A stretch of DNA of 64,000 nucleotides, taken from Ostrea edulis (lineage: Eukaryota). The stretch's first letter is position 1. Every line of letters starts with the position of its first letter. The stretch lies in NCBI RefSeq assembly GCF_947568905.1, contig NC_079171.1, positions 33,728,001-33,792,000 of the forward strand, in the 5' to 3' direction. Made by a program: the position numbers and the translations under genes. The notes beneath the pieces are model-generated. The model saw only the letters and a list, made by a program, of their open reading frames with translations, was not told the origin of the DNA and searched no databases. This document shows, one piece after another, positions 56,672 to 64,000 of the stretch.

Positions 56672-59400
56672 ACACTACCTGGAATGGACTTTTTGAATTA
56701 ATTTGGTCCTTGTCCAGATCCCTCTTGTTGCTTCCTAGAAGAAGGACTTCCATTTTACTGAATCAAGATGGACTTGTGTCATGAGGAGTGTTCATCCACT
56801 GTTACACTGACAGTTGTTTCTGCTCTCAAGGGTTATATTCCATATCATATGCGAAGTCAGTCATGGAATGTGTCTTCTGTTCAACTACTAAAAAACATTG
56901 AAAAAAATTAATCCTATGTATTGACGACAGAACTTCATATCTATTATGAATTATGTCGAAGATTATGCCAGACGATGGGCTAAATATGTTTTTAGTTTTC
57001 AAAATATCAATAAAAATATTTATTTTTTTTTTTATTAATTTTAGTAATAATATCCTGAAATGTTTTCTAACATTATAATTCATAACAAAATAAAAACGGA
57101 CCATTTTGGCTTGTAATTCTACTTTCCTTCAATGAATCATCGAAGGTGAGAAACTCTTCCAGATCGTCAAATTCTTTAACCACAAACGTATCTTCACTCC
57201 CTGATGGCCCACCTAAGTCTCCTCGTCTGGCAATGTCTCTAATTTCCAAGAGTAGCTGTATGTCTTCTATAAAATCCTATTTCAATGACATTCATGAGAG
57301 ATGAGAATACCACTAAATTAATCATCAGGAAGTGTTTATAAAATATATAACCACCAATAGAAAGACTAGCACTAGAAAGATACATTATATTCAGTGGCGA
57401 GTTCCCCCCTAAAATTTTCAAATTTAGGTAAATCGTGGTATCTTGTTTAGAAAAATGTACTAAACAATAAAATAATTTCTTCCACTCCCAGAGAAATGAA
57501 TAACAAAAACTTTTGATTTCTTAAATTACTTTATATTAGAAGAACTTAATGTTCCCGAAAACCCTTAGAATTTGCGTCATTTTAGTCATTTCACCTTATT
57601 AAAAATGATAGAAAATAGTACAAATGACTAAATAGGAGACATATTTCGAGACCTGTAAAATCCAGGAGCTTCCGGGGTCTCAAGGCGACCCCCAGACCCC
57701 CTGCCTCATAAAGTGGCGCCCCTAACCGCAATTTCTGGATCCGCCTCTGATGTTCAAGTTTTACAAAACAATAAACGGCATAATACTTACTCTCAGTTGA
57801 CATGCGATATCCACCAGAACTTTTATTTGTTGATGCTGGACTTCTCCCCGCTGTAATGAAGATAAAACCTCCGTCTCCATGTCTGAATCGTCGGAGCTCT
57901 CCTGGTGACTCAAGGCAGGTTGGTGGCATACCAGTGTCCTTTTTCCTGTTGAAGCCTGTAGTCTGTACTTGCTTCCTTGGTGATTTAAGAAGCGATGAAG
58001 GACTGAATCTGAGGAGGAATCAGTTCAGCTAAATCATCTAATAAACATTATAAGACAATGTACACGTCATGTTTTACAAGTTTAACTTTTAGAATGTGTT
58101 TGTGCGTTATTTTTGGAAAATTAAAATTTATGCCAACATTTGTTAATTACTTACGAAAGAAGATTTAGAAGAAAAGATGTTCACATTACTACCCTCAATG
58201 TCAGTTGACGGGGTATATCTTCTGTTGGGTGGCTGTGGTGGTTTTGAGAGTTCTCGCTGACCTAGCAATAAAATCTTTAGAATCATGTTATAATTATTAA
58301 AATTGTAGATATAAGCAATGTATAATCAGATTCAATCTGAGTCGTAAAAGAATTATCTTCATTCAAAACTTTTCATACTGCAATCATGGAATTTAAACTT
58401 GTGTTACTTTAAACTATTCAAAAATAGAAATTAATGTACTTGCGGCTTTGGTTTGACTTTCTATAAATGAAAACAGATCAATCTTTGAAAGAAATTTAAT
58501 CTACCTATGAAGCATCTCACAGCACATCATACCAATACTCAGATTCACAAAATTTCCCTTCATTAGCATAACTCGCACTCATGTGTTCCAGACCACACGT
58601 ATAAGAAAACCAAAAAGCTCATGAATAAACGTTATTGCAATATAATCAATTCCAGGAGTCTAACTTATTCTTTAAAGATTAAAAAAAATGTGTCCATCCA
58701 GCTTGATTCCAATTTCAAAATCAAAATATTTCTGATAAAACAATTACATCTAACCTGTCAAAAATCGTTAAAAAAAATTATCCTCCTCCTATAACGCCTT
58801 GCTGGTTCATCATCCTCACTTGAAATGAACTCATCTGTAGTAGTTAAATCGTAATTTTCACACTCTATTTTCTTTGCTGCCAAGGAAACAAAGAGATGTG
58901 TATTACAAGTTCCACATGAATGATGAATCGCACTAAGAATTCGTCAAAATGTTTCCATCATAAGGATTAGTTCACCTAGTACGGAGGTTTCCTGCTGAGA
59001 CAAAATCATATCACTGTCTTGTGTACGAAACAGCTGACTAAGATGAAGGAAATACAAGCGGAAGTAGTTTTATAATCAGGAAAACGAATGCGAATCATAC
59101 AATATTGATCTTTAGCAATGATATTTTTTCTGCTGTATGTTCTCTGATTCCATACCATGTGGCAATCTTTGAGATTTGATTTCATACCTGAGGAGAACTT
59201 CAGTTTGACAAGGTCAAACTTTAGCCAATTGTCTTCAGGACATCTCATTTCCCTCATGGCTTTCAGGACATTTATTCCTTTAGGCCACGTGACGTATTGG
59301 TCTTTCACTCGAACTGTTTGGATAACACCCTCCTCTTCGCGATCACCCTCTCTCTAAACTGCTCTGCCCCAAATATTTTCCATTCTGGAAGAACATTCCA
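56672..59400 (-). pseudogene. Multi-exon DUF4806-type accessory gene remnant (CACTA/CMC associated)
   Basis: WGRAV*REGDREEEGVI.TV.VKDQYVTWPKG..W.KFDLVK (59400-59190) and FDDLEEFLTFDDSL (57240-57115) resemble this family; GT/AG-bounded exons; stops present. Family assignment from memory. Confidence 0.4.
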
Positions 59401-59557
59401 CATACAATTTGTCCCTAATGAACGTGGCTCATGTACATTTAAATTGCTTGACAAATTTGCATTCGAAAGAATATCAATGCACACTTAAAAATAAAGTACA
59501 ATGTATTGAAGTATGGCACATTCCTAGTTTTTAAACGATTAGATTCATAAGCATATA

Positions 59558-60160
59558 TACTACTCAAAATTTGAAAAGGATCACTAGGTTATATGTGTGT
59601 AATTTACCACTAACATAACAAAAGACATGAACTTGACTCAGAAACGTGTTCACTCAGGTTATGAATGAAAATTCATGAACGGCATGGATTTTTATCAATA
59701 CGGAATGCTTGAAATCTGATAACAACACCAAAGGGCATTTCATTACAAAAAGTTAACAGCAAAACAGAGAAAGAATTAACAGTTTTTGGGGATAATCCAT
59801 CATTACACTTAGTCGATGAAGCGTCAATACCGGGTATGGCCTCCCCTTGCATCAATGACGGCTTGACAACGTCGAGCCATGCTGTCAATAAGCACCCGGA
59901 TGTTTCCAATGGGAAGGTTGTTCCACTCTTCCACGAGGGCATTTCCGAGCTCTGCCAAAGTCGTGGGTTGTGCTCTACGGCGTGAAAGGGCAACCTGCAG
60001 CATGTTCCATACATGCTCAATCGGGTTCAAGTCCCGCGAGCGCGCTGACCAGTCCATACGGACAATTGTCTCCTGCTGAAGGTACTACTCCACCACCCTG
60101 GCGCGATGAGGACGGGCGTTATCATCCATCACAGCGGGGTTAAGGTGTCCCGGGTAAAAT
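59558..60160 (-). mobile_element. Tc1 transposon 3' half
   Basis: MDDNARPHRA, DWSARSRDLNPIEHVWNML, CQAVIDARGGHTRY; terminus TA|TACTACTCAAAA. Confidence 0.85.
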
Positions 60161-60757
60161 AACAAGCAATAACAGCATATTCATATAAAAGTAAAATTCT
60201 TTCAAGCGTCGCATATTTTTAGTAAAAATCGTTTGTCAATACATTAACAAACATCGTATCACGTGGGGAAATCCTTTGCTTACCTATTACGTCGTCATAC
60301 AAGTGACGTAGAGCTATTTTTATCCGCTAGACTTTTAGTTGTTTATCACCTCGTTCCAGGTGAAAGATGCACTCAAACCATTTGCAGCTTGGGCTTGATA
60401 TGTCGACATTAATATAGTAAATTTAAAGAGTGATACGGATCGGTACAATATCCTCTCAAATATAGCAATTTCCATAACCTCTTTTATATTGTGACGTCAT
60501 ATAGTATGAAGTGCACCGAGGTACATTTTATGATGATTATTTTAACTTTACTCGGGACACCTTAACCCTGCTGCGATCATGATGAACTCAGGGCCAACAG
60601 CATCAACGTCATTCTTTTGTTCGAACACTCCATTATTTTTCAGGAATGGAGTGTTCGGAAAGTAGGTCAACCTTTATACAAGTAGATATAAATGCATGCA
60701 ACAAAAGAATGAAAAACGTAAGACATGATTAAAATGCACAAAGTTTAGTTTTTATTA

Positions 60758-61008
60758 ATGCAAGGTGAAGATAACGAACAGTGATCAATCTCATAACTCC
60801 TACAAGCAATACAAAATAGATAGTTGGGCAAACACGGACCCCTGGACACACCAGAGGTGGGATCAGGTGCCTAGGAGGAGTAAGCATCCCCTGTTGACCG
60901 GTCACACCCGCCGTGAGCCCCATATCCTGATCAGGTAAACGGAGTTATGCGCAAAATCAGTATGCTAAGAACGGCTTAACAATCGGTATGAAACACGTCA
61001 GACAGCAT
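60758..61008 (-). mobile_element. Naiad-type PLE 3' fragment
   Basis: Near-identical to the other 3' UTR copies. Confidence 0.85.
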
Positions 61009-61524
61009 ATGCAGGAACTCCCGTCGGAAACTGTTTAGTCGCCACACATCAGGCAGTCAAATGGATACAAGAAAACGTAGAAAAAAGAATAATCTGCCTA
61101 ATTTAACAATAGGTAACGTTCTTATTAATACAAAATAAATTTATCGAGCTTTAATTCTTGCATGTTGATTCATTCAACCGACCGGTTGTTCAAAATCCTC
61201 GGCCTTTAACGTCATATTTTGTTTAATTTTTTTTTTACCCAAATAAGGAAACCAACGTGCAAATTAGTGCTCCATTTAAAGGGGAAAAAAAGTCATCCCC
61301 CAACTCTTGCATGGCCGTAAAAATTGGTTTATTTCACATGATATAAAAACTTGTGATTGTGATTTCAATATGCTCCACCATTTGCTTTGAACATTATTTT
61401 TCAAACAGAAAAGAGGGGGGAGGGTCTGATAATGCAACTTTCAACATATATATATAAGTTAGACCTATTCATCTTCAATTTATTTACTTTCTATTCAGAG
61501 AGAAAAATTCTGATCAGAAGAGCT

Positions 61525-61701
61525 TCAATACAACCTCGCATTGGGTCAAGTGCTGTCTGGCGTGTTTCATACCGATTGTTAAGCCGTTCTTGGCACACTG
61601 ATTTTGACTGCGGATGGCTCCATTTGACCCAATGCGAGGTTGTATTGACGAACTAGATCGTTATAACGACCATATAATTTGCGAAATGCTGACTTCAATC
61701 G
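61525..61701. mobile_element. Naiad-type PLE fragment with inverted junction
   Basis: Plus-strand piece 61525-61622 is followed directly by a minus-strand piece 61621-61701 covering overlapping sequence. Confidence 0.7.
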
Positions 61702-62249
61702 ATACATGAAGTTGATTGTCAGGTTTCATAAATTTGCTACTATTATTATTATCATCAGTATACTGTCTTTGTGTCTTTGGAATATTTCACTCAGATTTCG
61801 TTTCTGTGTTGCCGTTTGTCCGTAGACGCAATTTGTCCGAAGTTTATTTCTAATACCGCTGGACATATTTCATTCAAACTTTATGTACATCTTCTATATA
61901 TACTAATGTCATTTATTTACTGACAAAATCAATGACAAAGTAAAGTGGGCATAACATAATGATCTTTAACAAAGTGAATATAAACTAAAGACTAGAAGAG
62001 TTGACCAGGGATTTGCAATCATACAGCCTAAAATGTGCCAAATAGTATTCATTGTTTGTATTAAGCATATTTTTAATATTTCATGTACTGTAGAATATAC
62101 ACTTCTGCATTCACATTGATTGCCCTGTAGATAATGTGAAAATATCCAATGTGCTTGCATTAAATATTTCCCATCATCTTATATGCCCCGCGGGGGTATT
62201 AGTCCCATTAGGACAGTTCTAGTTCTCTATATCAGCATGCTCAACCAAG

Positions 62250-62730
62250 TATTCTGTGACACACAACTGTACGTGATGGAATGAATTGTACAACTATGAA
62301 GCTGGAATTGCATCACTTAGTGAAGCAGTCGTTTTGGCTTTTTCTGCTTATCATGTCATGAATAACATACTCTTTTCTCAACATAAATCAACTCCCTTTC
62401 TTCCTAGCGGCTACATATAGATGGGTCTCTCTTGATATTTGTTAACATCTTGTTTTCTCTAATTCTGTTATCCTTTTTTGAAATGTGAGCAATAGGATTA
62501 TGTGCCTTTCTGACAATCTTCTTTAACTATTACATGTAGTTTTCAACTGGAAATGTTGAAATTTGATTCAGGGATACTACGAAATTCTCTACATCATCAG
62601 TAAGATGAAAGGCATGGTAATTATATGAGCGAAAGGTTTCCCCGTACGTATTTTGGGCATTTCTGACAAAGTACATAAGACGATCTCTTGTACTACGTGC
62701 ATTCCCCAGAATTTAAGAGAATTGACATGG
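62250..62730 (-). pseudogene. CACTA/CMC (EnSpm-like) transposase C-terminal fragment
   Basis: FVRNAQNTYGETFRSYNYHAFHLTDDVENF..LNQISTFPVENYM**LKKIVRKAHNPIAHISKR matches the YNxH..HL..D..SAFPFEN..LK pattern. Confidence 0.65.
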
Positions 62731-62756
62731 CGTTCATAAAGGACAATGCAAGACAT

Positions 62757-64000
62757 GTTTATATCTGGAATCCTGAAATGTGAGGTCCAATTTGTTCGCT
62801 ATGTGCATATACATTATTTTTGAACCATTGTAAATTATTCTGTCTGGGCGAATCGAATGTCGGTCTATGACAACTTCTAAAATTGGATATAGGTCAAAAC
62901 TTTTAGCATTATGAGCAATCAGGACCGTGTTCTTCGTATGTGGTTGAGTGACATACGCGCAAAACCTTTGCGCCGTGTCTTCCCCTCGAAATACCAATTC
63001 CCGTCGACCACAGGTTTCTGGACAGGGTGGGCTAACAAACTTTCCTTTTTTTCATGTTAGCGCACATCATACAACGCGAACCGCACTGGTTACATTTTGA
63101 ATCTTTTTCTAGTTCTTTTTTTTTCACATGCAGGACAGAAAGTCTGCTAGACAGCAAAATTAACTTTATGTTGTTGCAGGCCACAAGACGGATCCTGACA
63201 GTTTTTACAAAGTCTACAATGTGCACATTGCCGTTCTTCCTGACCACATTCTCTACATCTGATGTAGGAAGAAACATACCCTTGATCGCATTGAGATACC
63301 TCGTCTTGGCTTGTCTCGAAATCGTAGAAAATGAATTTCTTTTTATTTCGATCTTCGGGGTTAGAGTTGTATGATCTGTGATAACAGAGGTGTTCCCCTA
63401 CATGATATTCGGCACAACTTGAACATTGCCATTCACCACAGACGTCCAGTTTTCGTTTCGCAAGTGACAGTTTTACTCTACATTTTGTACATTGATGCCA
63501 TAACTCACATGCAGGAGGAATCCTGTCTTTGCGAACCATTTTACCGACCTTATGTCTTTCATAACAGGCAAGCGAACGGCAGACACGGCCACAAGCTCGA
63601 CATCCTACGTGGATTTCCGTCTTTGGACAGGTATCGTGTAAACATACGTCACAGGAAGTTTCACAAATGTGTTTGCACTTATTTTTGTAGGGTTTCAAAC
63701 AGGTATGACAAAAATGTTGAAGAATCCCTGAATACTCCCAATACCATGCCAATGTTTTTCATTTTCGATTTCCACATGATACAGATATAGACGTGTCAGT
63801 TACACATCTTCCTGTTTAACCCGGATGAACTCATTGCCCACTCGAGACGACACCACATTTATACTCACATTCAACAGCGTTTCAAACGGCTCGATGTCAT
63901 TTAACCCCAAGTACCTGTCGACAAGTACACCTGCTCTCTCACAAAGCTTTTCTGTCATTTCCGTTTGTAATTTTCTGCGTGATTTTTAAGTAAATCTCCG
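62757..64000 (-). pseudogene. Protein-primed DNA polymerase B (second Polinton): N-terminal and exonuclease region, frameshifted and truncated
   Basis: Cys-rich N-terminus, FIFYDFET (ExoI), LIAHNAKSFD (ExoII), IIYNGSKIM..LTFQDS; ends at ~62757 and extends past the right edge. Confidence 0.85.

Noticed and set aside
10360-64000. Unistrand piRNA cluster
   Set aside because: Element fragments occur in both orientations without obvious bias; cannot be supported without small-RNA data.
1-64000. Left capsid/integrase arm and right pPolB being one element
   Set aside because: The left element terminates at 6959 with its body extending leftwards; the right pPolB is decayed and separated by unrelated insertions.

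Overview
Eukaryotic, AT-rich DNA made up almost entirely of transposable elements, probably from a bivalve (oyster-like; inferred from the repeat families, not checked). No ordinary host gene is evident. Bases 1-6959 are the terminal arm of an apparently intact Polinton/Maverick virus-like element on the minus strand. It encodes an adenain protease, major capsid, basic core protein, minor capsid and chromodomain integrase. Next to its terminus is an accessory cluster that looks like a host-defence countermeasure module: a CARD-PC4-PC4 fusion, a ~74-aa protein with the full GADD34/ICP34.5/DP71L PP1-eIF2alpha motif set, and a membrane-anchored PC4-like protein, interleaved with two copies of a CRE-containing tandem array. 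The element ends in ACTACT and abuts a two-module composite tandem array (6960-10360). The rest is nested, mostly decayed elements: a GTSF1-like CHHC pseudogene, Mutator-like, hAT, an Ngaro-type tyrosine-recombinase retroelement with split direct repeats, ISL2EU, many Naiad-like Penelope 3' ends, SINEs, Helentron-type non-autonomous elements, Gypsy fragments, a piggyBac with TTAA duplications, Tc1/mariner, a CACTA/CMC remnant, and a broken pPolB from a second Polinton at the right edge. All family assignments come from motifs recognised by eye; no database searches were run.
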